Positions 30,220-39,262 of a DNA stretch of 64,000 nt are shown here, piece by piece (positions within the stretch are counted from its first letter, which is position 1; every line of letters begins with the position of its first letter). The stretch comes from Pedobacter sp. (GTDB taxonomy: Bacteria > Desulfobacterota > Desulfuromonadia > Desulfuromonadales > Syntrophotaleaceae), in assembly GCA_050253415.1 (NCBI GenBank), contig JBFWJC010000002.1:608725-672724 (forward strand). Reading direction: 5' to 3'. The notes below the pieces were generated by a model that was not told where the DNA came from, did no database searches, and worked only from the letters and a program-made list of their open reading frames with translations. The position numbers were made by a program, and so were the translations under genes.

Positions 30220-31005
30220 TTAGTAACGCAGATGGGAGTTCATGTTGGAGCCATGAACGGCGGTGTGACAGCCAGCGCTCCAACAGGTGCCCCGACGAAG
30301 TCGAGAGGCATGGTTCGATCCCCCCAGTTCTGCATTATCCGCCGCCGTAATCTGCGCATGACAACGCAGGCACAGATTGGCATCGCTGGCGACTAGCAAT
30401 TTGTCGTTAATGGAGCCGTGCTGATTGTGGCAGGTTGTGCAGCCTTCCCGCAGCGCTTCGTGCTCGAAGACAAAAGGCCTTCCCTGATCCTGATGGCATT
30501 GACTACAGGGAGCATTGTCCTGGCCGACCATCTGATTGCCGGGCAGCATGATGTTCTGGCCGTGAGGGCTGTGGCAGTCGATACACCCGACCCCCTGCTC
30601 AGCAAGAGGATGATGGTACTGTAGACTGCGATAACCCTCGATCTCCGGATGACATTGGTAGCAGGTTGCGGGGTCCTTGCCGGGGTTGATGATGTGTTGG
30701 CCCCGGCCACCGCCGGCGGCCATGTGAAGGCTGCCGGCACCGTGGCAGGATTCGCAGCCAAGCACTTCCTTCCCATCAGGCAGCGTCACTGTGAGTTTGG
30801 CGTGCCTGGCGTATTTGAAATTCTTTACCGTCTCGGGATGGCACAAGGCACAGCTTTCCATGCCGATATATTCCGCTCCCGGCACGGTGGCGGGAGGTGG
30901 AATCTCACCACTTTTCATGGAGGGACAGGCAAGCAGCAGCAGGGGCACCAGGCCGGCGAGGGCCAGGCCAAACATTCTTTTTGAGAAGATTTTAGATTTT
31001 TTCAC
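30220..31005 (-). CDS. MtrA/DmsE-like multiheme cytochrome c lipoprotein (7 CXXCH + 1 CX4CH)
   Basis: Lipobox LLAC; CALCH, CESCH, CYQCH, CIDCH, CSQCH, CTTCH, CLRCH, CWSAGCH; C-terminal 'VHGSN'. Confidence 0.85.
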   Translation of the reverse strand: MKKSKIFSKRMFGLALAGLVPLLLLACPSMKSGEIPPPATVPGAEYIGMESCALCHPETVKNFKYARHAKLTVTLPDGKEVLGCESCHGAGSLHMAAGGGRGQHIINPGKDPATCYQCHPEIEGYRSLQYHHPLAEQGVGCIDCHSPHGQNIMLPGNQMVGQDNAPCSQCHQDQGRPFVFEHEALREGCTTCHNQHGSINDKLLVASDANLCLRCHAQITAADNAELGGSNHASRLRRGTCWSAGCHTAVHGSNMNSHLRY

Positions 31006-31113
31006 TGCTTGCCTCCTTTATGAATGAATCTGTAACGGCTGTTTTAAAGCCATTTCAAACTGTAGGGTCCAAGGGTGTTCGTAATACCGCACTTGCTACG
31101 GTTTTGGAGACAA

Positions 31114-32607
31114 TCACGGTGCGCCGGCGTGACAAAGAGTACAGGGGAGTCCTCCGGGAATATCCCCGCCCGGATGAGCGAACGGTAAGCCTGCCAGGTT
31201 GCTGGTGGCCGGTGCTTTGCCCAAGGCCTGGGAAATGATGGTGTGGCAGGCATTGCAGTCGTTGGAGATGGTTTTCCCTGTGGCGCTCACATGCTCTCCA
31301 TCATGACAGCGAAAACACCCTGGCCAGTTGCGGTGACCGATATTGTCGGGGCGTACTTGCCAGGTCGTTTTCATCTCAGGAAAAAAATTGTTGCGATAAA
31401 TGTTCTGTGCTTCCGCAACCGCCTGGCGGATTTTTGCTTGATCTGCGTAATCCGGATATTTGGCGGAAATTAACTCGTCGATCTGTCTCAGTCCTTCGGC
31501 CCGCGATCCTGCCCCGGAACTCTGCACAAGGGCTGTGGCCGCATTGCGCTTAATGGCAGGGATGGCAGCATCGACGCGGTTAAGCCAGAGGGCGATATCC
31601 AGGGCATCGTTGGGGGATTGAAATATGTGGGTCGGGCGATTGTGGCAGTCGATGCAGTCCATGCGCCGTGGTCCCGGGGGCTTCGATCCTCTCGTTGCAG
31701 CGCTGTCAGCCGTTTGGTAGATCGTGACCTCGCCGGTAGCGCGGGTGGCGCGCACCCAGGGGATGGTTTGCCGGCTTTTATCGGTCGGCTGGTATTCGAT
31801 GTCATTGCCGACGGCCATGTGCCAGTGAATCCCTCCCACGGGGCCATGCAGCGGATTGGCGCCACCGACCTTGATCATCATCCGGATGTCAAAGGGTGTA
31901 TTGTCCGTATCGGACAGATAGTGCCGACGCAGCAGTTCCGTGGAGCCGTAGAACTTTTCCGGCCAGTGGCACTGTTCGCAGGTTTCCCGGGCCGGCCGCA
32001 GATTTTCGACCGGAACCGGAATGGGGCGGGGATACGAGTTGGTGAGTACCGCGTATACCTGCCGCAATCCCGATACCTTGGCCCGCACGTACCAGGAGGC
32101 CCCTGGTCCGATGTGGCACCTTGTGCAGGCAACCCGGGCGTGAGGTGAGTTCAGGTAGGTCGTGTGGACAGGTTCCATGACCTGGTGACACAAAAGGCCG
32201 CAGAAAGCGACCGATTCCGTCACCTGGTAGGCCCGATAACTGCCGAAGACAGAAAAAAGCAGAAACACGAATCCGATGCACACCGTCAGGATCACGTTGC
32301 GTCGATGGCGGGGATTATTCAAGTCGATATATGGAAGTCCGGGTTTATATTCCGGTGCTCTCCGCAGTCGACGCTGATGCCAGGCGCCCGCCCCTATGAG
32401 TAACAGACCTGCAAACACCGCACCGGGAAGAATGACGTAGACCAGCACCCCCAGATAGGGCCGATTGAAGCCCAGAAAAATATCGAAGGCGATCAGAATG
32501 AGCAGGGCGAGCAGCGAACAGGCGGTCACGATGATGCCCGCCAGGCCAAGCCAGTTGCCGGCGTATGCCAGCAGTCCTTTTGGAGGCTTTGGGGAGGTTT
32601 CGGTCAT
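31114..32607 (-). CDS. imcH: ImcH-like inner-membrane heptaheme cytochrome (NapC/NirT domain)
   Basis: 3 TMs; CGLLCH plus six CXXCH; 'SPHARV.C..CH.GPGA.WYV.AK.SGLRQV', 'LRPARETCEQCHWPEKF', 'RMDCIDCHNRPTH', 'PGCFRCHDG' match my recollection of Geobacter ImcH. Confidence 0.85.
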   Translation of the reverse strand: MTETSPKPPKGLLAYAGNWLGLAGIIVTACSLLALLILIAFDIFLGFNRPYLGVLVYVILPGAVFAGLLLIGAGAWHQRRLRRAPEYKPGLPYIDLNNPRHRRNVILTVCIGFVFLLFSVFGSYRAYQVTESVAFCGLLCHQVMEPVHTTYLNSPHARVACTRCHIGPGASWYVRAKVSGLRQVYAVLTNSYPRPIPVPVENLRPARETCEQCHWPEKFYGSTELLRRHYLSDTDNTPFDIRMMIKVGGANPLHGPVGGIHWHMAVGNDIEYQPTDKSRQTIPWVRATRATGEVTIYQTADSAATRGSKPPGPRRMDCIDCHNRPTHIFQSPNDALDIALWLNRVDAAIPAIKRNAATALVQSSGAGSRAEGLRQIDELISAKYPDYADQAKIRQAVAEAQNIYRNNFFPEMKTTWQVRPDNIGHRNWPGCFRCHDGEHVSATGKTISNDCNACHTIISQALGKAPATSNLAGLPFAHPGGDIPGGLPCTLCHAGAP

Positions 32608-32662
32608 AGTTTCCCCTGGTTACGAGATCCGTTGTCGGCCGTTCCTGCCGGAGGCGAGAAGT

Positions 32663-32974
32663 CTATGGTTTAGGTGCTGAACGGAGATAATGGAGCATGG
32701 TCTTCATCTCTTCATCTGTAAGTTTGTATGCGGGCATGCGGGTGTCGGCTCCTAGCGCTTCCTTGGGGCTGACGATGGACTGCTTCAGGAAATCGTCGGT
32801 TTTTCCTTCGGCGATCCCGGCCAGAGGCTGGGCCATCCCCCCATCCTTGTGGCAGATGGTACAGCGATTTTTTTCGGCGAGGGCTTTGCCTGCAGCCGTC
32901 ATTTCACAGTCCGCCGCTGCCGGTACGGTAAATCCGACGAGCACCAATGCGATGCATAGGGATTGGACTTTCAT
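32663..32974 (-). CDS. Periplasmic monoheme class I cytochrome c
   Basis: Signal peptide, CTICH, distal Met candidate 'RMPAY'; GAGGAGG RBS. Confidence 0.85.
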   Translation of the reverse strand: MKVQSLCIALVLVGFTVPAAADCEMTAAGKALAEKNRCTICHKDGGMAQPLAGIAEGKTDDFLKQSIVSPKEALGADTRMPAYKLTDEEMKTMLHYLRSAPKP

Positions 32975-33127
32975 GGTGACCTCCTCACACTTTCAATAAC
33001 TGTTTGTTTGGCCTGCCTTCAGGTGTCCGCTTGGCGTTCCATCTGCTGCACAAACCGTTGGCGGAATGAGCCGACCTGGTGGTTTTTACGGTCCTGCGAA
33101 CCTGTTTCTGTTCTTAGCGCGGGTCAC

Positions 33128-33145
33128 TGTAAAAAAGTGTTTACA
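33128..33145. promoter_or_regulatory. Palindromic operator TGTAAA-N6-TTTACA upstream of the cytochrome operon
   Basis: TGTAAAAAAGTGTTTACA, perfect 6-bp arms. Confidence 0.55.
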
Positions 33146-33464
33146 AAATAAATACATACCTTGATATGCCACGATGTCAACCTGGATGCACCCGCGCTTT
33201 CGGGAGGATGCTGATATCCATTTTGGTCTTTTAGCCAAACTTATGGATATCGTTGATATTTATTCGCCATTATTTCAGGTCTGCGTGGATTGCAAAACAA
33301 CGGCACCATAGAAGCAAAATCGCATTGGTGCGCTGAATATCAAGGGGTGACCGTAATGCTTGACCGGAGATTCTGTGTCGCGCGCCATGTCCCGAGGTTC
33401 TTCGGGTATAATGACTCAAGCGGATCGTGCTCTTAATGTTGGCGTATGCTACAGGATATTTCCC

Positions 33465-34067
33465 ATGACTGACGTGCCTGTTTTGGAAGTGGTCTACGAT
33501 TACATCTGCCCGTGGTGCTATCTGGGTGCCGCCCACGCGGAACGTCTGCACACAGAGTTCGGTGTGAAGCTACGCTGGACCTTGTTCCCTCTGCATCCTG
33601 AGATCCCCACGGACGGCATGCTGTTGGCCGAATTGTTTCGCGGCCGGGCCTACGATGTCGAAGCCATGAACGATCGGTTGCAGGTGGCGGCGGACCAGGT
33701 CGGTCTGCCGATCGTCCGCCGGGCGCGTATCAGCAATAGTCGCCGGGCTCAGGAATTGCAAAAATGGGCCGAAAGTCTCGGTCGGGGAAATGCTTTTCGC
33801 CATGCGGTTTTCCATGCCTATTTCGTCGGAGGGAAGGACATCTTCGCCCTGGATGAACTGGAGGCTATAGCCGAGGCTGCTGGCTTGCCGAGGGCAGACG
33901 TTCAGACTGTTCTCCAGCAACGACGGTTCGCCGATGAGGTGGACGGCGACTGGCTGCGAACCCGGCAGTTGGCGATAACGGCGGTACCGTTTTATCTCTA
34001 CGGCGAAGAAGTGCTGGTGGGATTTCGCCCTTACGAGGATTTCGTCAAGTTGCTGGGCAAAACCTGA
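33465..34067 (+). CDS. DsbA/FrnE-family thiol-disulfide oxidoreductase
   Basis: 'DYICPWCYLG', 'FPLHP', 'ITAVP'. Confidence 0.85.
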   Translation: MTDVPVLEVVYDYICPWCYLGAAHAERLHTEFGVKLRWTLFPLHPEIPTDGMLLAELFRGRAYDVEAMNDRLQVAADQVGLPIVRRARISNSRRAQELQKWAESLGRGNAFRHAVFHAYFVGGKDIFALDELEAIAEAAGLPRADVQTVLQQRRFADEVDGDWLRTRQLAITAVPFYLYGEEVLVGFRPYEDFVKLLGKT

Positions 34068-34106
34068 GGTTTTCCTAAACCTGTCTCTTTTAGCGTGGAG
34101 GAGCAG

Positions 34107-35102
34107 ATGGCCGGTGAATCGTGGACTGCGCGGACCTTGCTGGAAGTTTCCAACGGTTACTGGCAGACCTGCGCCCTGCACGCGGCAGTCAAGCTTGACC
34201 TGTTCAGTTGTCTGGATGAACAGGCTGCCGTGGCGGCCGACCTGGCCCAAAAGGTCGGGGCCGATCATGCAGCACTGGAAAGGCTCCTCAATGCCCTGAC
34301 CGCCATGCAGCTGCTGACCAAAAGCGGTGAGCGTTATGTTTGTACGCCCAGTGCCGCCGAGTTTTTGTCGCGGCAATCGCCCCGTTATCTGGGGCATATT
34401 ATTCTTCACCACAGGCACTTGATGGACTCCTGGTTGCATCTTGATGAGGCGGTAACCAGCGGCCAACCCGTGCGCAAGAAACCCTTTTACGTGGATAAGG
34501 AATCGCTGGAGAGCTTTCTGCTCGGGATGTCCGCTCTGGCCATGCTGCTGGCGCCAAAGGTGGTCGATAAAATCGACCTGTCCGGGCGTCGCCGGCTGCT
34601 TGATCTGGGAGGCGGGCCGGGAACCTGGGCTCTCCACTTCTGCCGGGAAAACCCCGGGCTGGAGGCCACTGTTTTCGATCTGCCAACGACACGCGACTTT
34701 GCCGAGGAAGCTATCGCCCGCTTCGGTCTTGGTGACCGTGTTGCCTTTGTCGCCGGCGACTTTCTGACCGAGGGCGTACCCGGCCGGTACGACGTCGCCT
34801 GGCTCTCGCATATCCTGCATGGCGAGGGGCCGCAGGAGGTGCGAACCATTCTGGATAAGGCAGTTTCTTCCCTTGAACCGGGAGGTCTGCTGCTGATTCA
34901 CGAATTCGTCCTCGACAACGACCTGGCCGGACCACTGTTCCCGGCGTTGTTTTCCCTCAATATGCTGCTGGGCACACCGGGCGGACGTACGTACTCCGCC
35001 CAGCAGCTGTTTGACGCCTTGCGAGCAGCGGGGTGTAAAGATCCACGCCTGCTATCCCTTGATCTGCCGGGGGGATCCTCCATTATCGCGGCTATTGTCT
35101 GA
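34107..35102 (+). CDS. SAM-dependent O-methyltransferase (dimerisation + Methyltransf_2)
   Basis: 'LLDLGGGPG', 'VFDLP', 'AGDF', 'SHILH'. Confidence 0.88.
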   Translation: MAGESWTARTLLEVSNGYWQTCALHAAVKLDLFSCLDEQAAVAADLAQKVGADHAALERLLNALTAMQLLTKSGERYVCTPSAAEFLSRQSPRYLGHIILHHRHLMDSWLHLDEAVTSGQPVRKKPFYVDKESLESFLLGMSALAMLLAPKVVDKIDLSGRRRLLDLGGGPGTWALHFCRENPGLEATVFDLPTTRDFAEEAIARFGLGDRVAFVAGDFLTEGVPGRYDVAWLSHILHGEGPQEVRTILDKAVSSLEPGGLLLIHEFVLDNDLAGPLFPALFSLNMLLGTPGGRTYSAQQLFDALRAAGCKDPRLLSLDLPGGSSIIAAIV

Positions 35103-35237
35103 ATCGGTGTCGCTGATTTACGGCCGCTGCCTTCCCATGATGCCCATCCGCAGGTTGGGGCGTTTTGTATTCCCGGCTCGATGGCCTTGTCATCGGAATC
35201 GCGCCTGTTGGTCACCCCTTAACCACAGGAGAGCGCC

Positions 35238-35831
35238 GTGAGCCGAAGCATCGACGACCTGATCCGTAAAATGCACGCATTGGAAGAAGAACTGCAGGTG
35301 GAGTACCGCAAAAAGAGGGAAGAGTTCGACTTCATCATCCAGGAGAAGCGGGTTCGTTTCGCCGCGGAGATAGCCCTTCAGCAGCGCCGCTTCAAGTCCG
35401 GTATTTTCGGATATCTCCGGCACGCCCGGCTCCTCAACATCCTGACTGCGCCCATCATCTATGCCGGCTTAGCGCCAGTTATTCTGCTCGACCTGTTTTT
35501 GTGGGCCTACCAGGGGATCTGTTTTCCGATCTATGGAATCGCCAAGGTGAAACGTTCCGATTATCTCGTTTTTGACCGGACAGACCTGCCGTATCTCAAC
35601 ATCATCGAAAAGTGTAACTGCTTCTATTGTTCCTATGTCAACGGCCTGGCGGCATTCCTGCGGGAGATCGCTGCGCGTACCGAGCAGTACTGGTGCCCCA
35701 TCAAGCATGCCCGAAGGATTCGCGATGCGCACAGCCTTTATCCCCGCTTTTTTGAATTCGGCGACGCCGAAAGTTATGGGAAAGGGTTGGAGCGGCTCAG
35801 GGAGGAGTTGAACCAAGGCGAAGAGAAATGA
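35238..35831 (+). CDS. Hypothetical membrane protein with Cys/His motif
   Basis: GTG start with AGGAG RBS; TM segment; 'EKCNCFYCSYVNG...EQYWCPIKH'. Confidence 0.7.
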   Translation: MSRSIDDLIRKMHALEEELQVEYRKKREEFDFIIQEKRVRFAAEIALQQRRFKSGIFGYLRHARLLNILTAPIIYAGLAPVILLDLFLWAYQGICFPIYGIAKVKRSDYLVFDRTDLPYLNIIEKCNCFYCSYVNGLAAFLREIAARTEQYWCPIKHARRIRDAHSLYPRFFEFGDAESYGKGLERLREELNQGEEK

Positions 35832-36219
35832 TGTGCCAGTCGGAAGAGCATACCTGCGTTTGGCATATGATCAGAAAGGAACAGCTTGCACTTTCCTTTT
35901 GTTTGGTACGGATGTTTATGGAACAAATGCTTTTTTATGAATTTTAGAACTCTGCAAGCTACTTGTAGCTAAAAATCCAAACCATATTGTGCTCGGGCTG
36001 ATGCTGCCAACAGCGTGCGGATGCTTGGGACGCTGCTGTTTATTCCCAGGACCTGAAACTGAAGTGTCCTCTGACGCTTTGGACGATTGCGTAATGTGTG
36101 CTATAAAAAATGATCTGCTGCGTTACATGCTGGATGTTCGCAATGCCGGGAGGGCTGCGGTCGGAGGTTGGTTGGCGTGGTGGACTACAGAAAATGAACG
36201 GTTCATAAGGAGGAAGATT

Positions 36220-36993
36220 CTGTCATTTTTCACGAAAAAGAAGCCAGCAAAGGCCATTAAAGCGGTCTTTTTTGATCTCGACGGAACCCTGCTTGATGTG
36301 GAGATGAACGGATTTATCGCTGCCTACATCGAAGGGCTGGGCCGTCATTTTTCCGATGTCGCTATGCGTTACAACTTCGGTTCCGCTTTAAGGGAAGCGA
36401 TGATGGCCTTGCTGGAGGGGAAAAATGGATTCGACAGTAACGAGCAGCTGTTCTTAGCTGTACTGCAGCAGCGCCTCGGTATCGATGCCGACCTTTTTTT
36501 CGCTCGTCTTGAAAATTATTGCGTAGATGGCCTGTCTCGTCTTCAGACTTTCGTCAATCCCCTGCCGCTGGCGCGACAAATTCTCGACCAGTGTCGTGCC
36601 CTGAACCTTACCGTGGTACTTGCCACCAACCCGGTTTTTCCTCGCGCCATCGTTGATGCCCGCCTTGCCTGGGGCGGTATGGGCGATTTCCCGTTCGATC
36701 TTGTAACCTCCATCGAAAATACCCGTTTTTGCAAACCCGATCCCCGTTATTTCTCTGATCTTCTCGACCGTTTCGGCCTCGCCCCCAAAGAAACCATCAT
36801 GGTGGGCAACGATACCGAGCACGATCTTGCCGCTCTCGATGTCGGTATGAAGACCTTTCTTGTCGATACCTGGCTCATTGACCGCGGCAGCAATTTCGAA
36901 CCCGATTATCGTGGAGGACACCAGGATCTTCTCATGTTTCTGGAAGGCCTCGGACCGTTTGGTGGTATAAAAATCATGGATCATCTCCGTTAA
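36220..36993 (+). CDS. HAD-family hydrolase (start uncertain; CTG at 36220 proposed)
   Basis: 'FDLDGTL', 'ATNP', 'CKPDP', 'MVGND...D'; TAAGGAGG at 36206-36213. Confidence 0.82.
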   Translation: MSFFTKKKPAKAIKAVFFDLDGTLLDVEMNGFIAAYIEGLGRHFSDVAMRYNFGSALREAMMALLEGKNGFDSNEQLFLAVLQQRLGIDADLFFARLENYCVDGLSRLQTFVNPLPLARQILDQCRALNLTVVLATNPVFPRAIVDARLAWGGMGDFPFDLVTSIENTRFCKPDPRYFSDLLDRFGLAPKETIMVGNDTEHDLAALDVGMKTFLVDTWLIDRGSNFEPDYRGGHQDLLMFLEGLGPFGGIKIMDHLR

Positions 36994-37058
36994 TCCCAAT
37001 GAATTCCAGCCCGGATAACCCTTACATGTGACACCGCAAAATTCCTGCAGACATAAAC

Positions 37059-37089
37059 AGCCCTCCCGTGATCCGGCGAGGGCTTTTTC
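37059..37089 (+). terminator. Rho-independent terminator
   Basis: AGCCCTC-CCG...CGG-C-GAGGGCT followed by TTTT. Confidence 0.7.
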
Positions 37090-37322
37090 ATACCTGAAAG
37101 GCTTTGTCTCCACGACAAAATCTTCTCCCCGTACAGAAAATTTCGTGAAACAGCAGGCTTATTTATTCAGGGAGTGATTGAAGAAGGTCAATAAAAGTCC
37201 GGAATAAAAAGAGTATGGATTGAAATATAGGAAGCTAAAGGTAGTCGTTAAATAGGTGAAACCGGCTGCGCAGTGTAACAAAACGTCACATCGGAAGAGT
37301 GCTTGTTTCAGGAGGAATGCGG

Positions 37323-38228
37323 ATGGCTGAACCGATGCTGAGGCAGTTGATAGCGAAAGTCGCCGGTCAATCGTGGTTGCGCAAGGCTGTGATGAGTACT
37401 CCCGGCATTCGCGACCTTGCCTGGCGGTTTGTGGCGGGGGAGAATCTGGATGCCGGAATTGCGGCGCTGAAGTCGCTTAACGCTCGCGGTATCAAGGGGA
37501 CGCTGAATTTCATAGGCACCCACGTCAAGAATGAAGCCGAGGCCGTGGCGGCCGCCGACGCGGCTATCGAGGCGCTGCGACGCATACACGCGGAGGAGCT
37601 TGACGGTAACCTGTCGGTCAAACTCACGCAGATCGGACTGGATATCGATAAGGCCCTCTGTCGCGCGCAATTGCGACGGATCCTGGAGTGCGCCGCGCAG
37701 GTGGGAAACTTTGTCCGCATCGACATGGAAGAATCTCGCTATGTGGAACCCACCCTGCAAATCTTTGAGGAGATGCTCGATGCCTATGGCGCCGATACGG
37801 TGGGGATCGTGTTGCAATCCTACCTGCTTCAACGCAAAGCCGACCTCGAACGCATGCTCGCCAGGGAGGCCAGGATTCGACTGGTGAAAGGCGGATACTG
37901 GGAAGCGGCCGAAATCGTGTATCGCAAGAAGTCCGACATCGATAATGCCTTTCGCCGGGATCTTGAGGTGCTCCTGCCGCGTGGGCGGTATCCGGCCATC
38001 GCTACGCACGATGCGCGGTTTCTGGCCCAGACACGGCATCTTGCCGGTGAGGCTGGTATCGAGCCGCAGGCGTTCGAGGTTCTGTTGCTCTACGGCGTAC
38101 GGACCGATCTCCAGAACGACTTGGTGCGAGATGGTTATAACGTGCATTGCTATGTTCCGTACGGGGGTAAATTGTATGCGTATCTGCTCGGTAGTGTCCG
38201 CCGCATTCCCTGGGGGGGCGCCGGGTGA
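37323..38228 (+). CDS. Monofunctional proline dehydrogenase family protein
   Basis: 'RFVAGE', 'SVKLTQIG', 'RIDMEE', 'LQSYL', 'RLVKG', 'ATHD', 'LYG', 'YVPYG'. Confidence 0.85.
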   Translation: MAEPMLRQLIAKVAGQSWLRKAVMSTPGIRDLAWRFVAGENLDAGIAALKSLNARGIKGTLNFIGTHVKNEAEAVAAADAAIEALRRIHAEELDGNLSVKLTQIGLDIDKALCRAQLRRILECAAQVGNFVRIDMEESRYVEPTLQIFEEMLDAYGADTVGIVLQSYLLQRKADLERMLAREARIRLVKGGYWEAAEIVYRKKSDIDNAFRRDLEVLLPRGRYPAIATHDARFLAQTRHLAGEAGIEPQAFEVLLLYGVRTDLQNDLVRDGYNVHCYVPYGGKLYAYLLGSVRRIPWGGAG

Positions 38229-38377
38229 GCGAGTGGGTTCGACCCATGTCATGACGAGTACGCATACCAATCCCTGCTTGACGGCTGGTCTGCGTATTAT
38301 GGTGTGTCTCCTTCCCAGGGCGGATTTTTCCCGTCCTATCGATCGCTTCCTGACACGGATCCCCAGCCTCCGACTGA

Positions 38378-39256
38378 TCACAAATAATCAAGAATAGAAA
38401 GGCTCATCACCCGTGTGCTGACGCTCAGGGCGGCTTCCAGAGATTCCTCAGCCAGGGTCATATCACTTAAAACTTCCACCAGATCGGCATCTTCATAACT
38501 GGAAAGGGTGGACTGCATCTGCAGTTTGGCGTCCTCCATGAGGGACATGCTGTCCTCCATGCGGGCGTTGATGTTGCCCATTTTGCTGCGCTGCCGGGTG
38601 ACCTGGGTGGCCGCGTTTTCGAGGGTGTCCAGTTGCTCTCCCATAGCCGTGGTGTCTGCGCTGGACAGGGCTTCTTGAAGGGTGGACAGGGTGTCAAAAA
38701 TGTCCACCGGATCGCTGAAAAGTTCGTCGCCGGTGATATTGGTCTGTACCGTCTGGCCGGGCCCGATCTGCAGGAATTTGTGGTCGCTGGTGCCGCTGTA
38801 GGTGACCGGGTCGCCACTGAACGGCGCGGTGGTATCGCTGAAGCCGGCAAACAGGTACTTGCCATCGACCCGGGTGTTGGCGATGCTGAGCATCTGTTCC
38901 TGCAGGGCCGCCACTTCTTCTGCATACGATTGCAGGTCATGGTCGGTCAGCGATCCGTTAACGCCGGCGACGGCGATTTCCCGGGCTCGCGCCATGATGG
39001 TTTCGGCGGAATCGAGATAGCTGTCAACGGTGTCCATGCGATCCTGGGCAACTTCGATGTTTTCCATGTAGCGGTCCATGCCGGTAATGGCGCTGCGGGC
39101 GCTGCTCACTTTGGAAACGGTCGTCGGATCGTCGGAAGCGCGGGTCATTTTCTTTCCCGTGGAGGCCTGCAGATACAGACTGTCAACGCGACTGTTGCTT
39201 TGGCGGATGGCGAGCTGGATGCTGCGATAGGTTGAGCTGGCTGTGGTTCTCATCAT
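38378..39256 (-). CDS. flgL: Flagellar hook-associated protein 3
   Basis: 'STGKK..RASDDP', 'ANT..DGKYLFAG', C-terminal 'LSILDYL'. Confidence 0.92.
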   Translation of the reverse strand: MMRTTASSTYRSIQLAIRQSNSRVDSLYLQASTGKKMTRASDDPTTVSKVSSARSAITGMDRYMENIEVAQDRMDTVDSYLDSAETIMARAREIAVAGVNGSLTDHDLQSYAEEVAALQEQMLSIANTRVDGKYLFAGFSDTTAPFSGDPVTYSGTSDHKFLQIGPGQTVQTNITGDELFSDPVDIFDTLSTLQEALSSADTTAMGEQLDTLENAATQVTRQRSKMGNINARMEDSMSLMEDAKLQMQSTLSSYEDADLVEVLSDMTLAEESLEAALSVSTRVMSLSILDYL

Positions 39257-39262
39257 TGCTCC

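Noticed and set aside
32975..33127. c-di-GMP/cGAMP (GEMM-I) riboswitch in the cytochrome operon leader
   Set aside because: No GGCAAAC...GAAA...GACGCAAAG core on either strand.
33495..33525. Selenocysteine in the DsbA/FrnE active site
   Set aside because: Both CPWC cysteines are TGC codons; no in-frame TGA.
38230..38250. 'GGGTTCGACCC' T-loop-like hairpin as a tRNA fragment
   Set aside because: No cloverleaf or CCA end in context.
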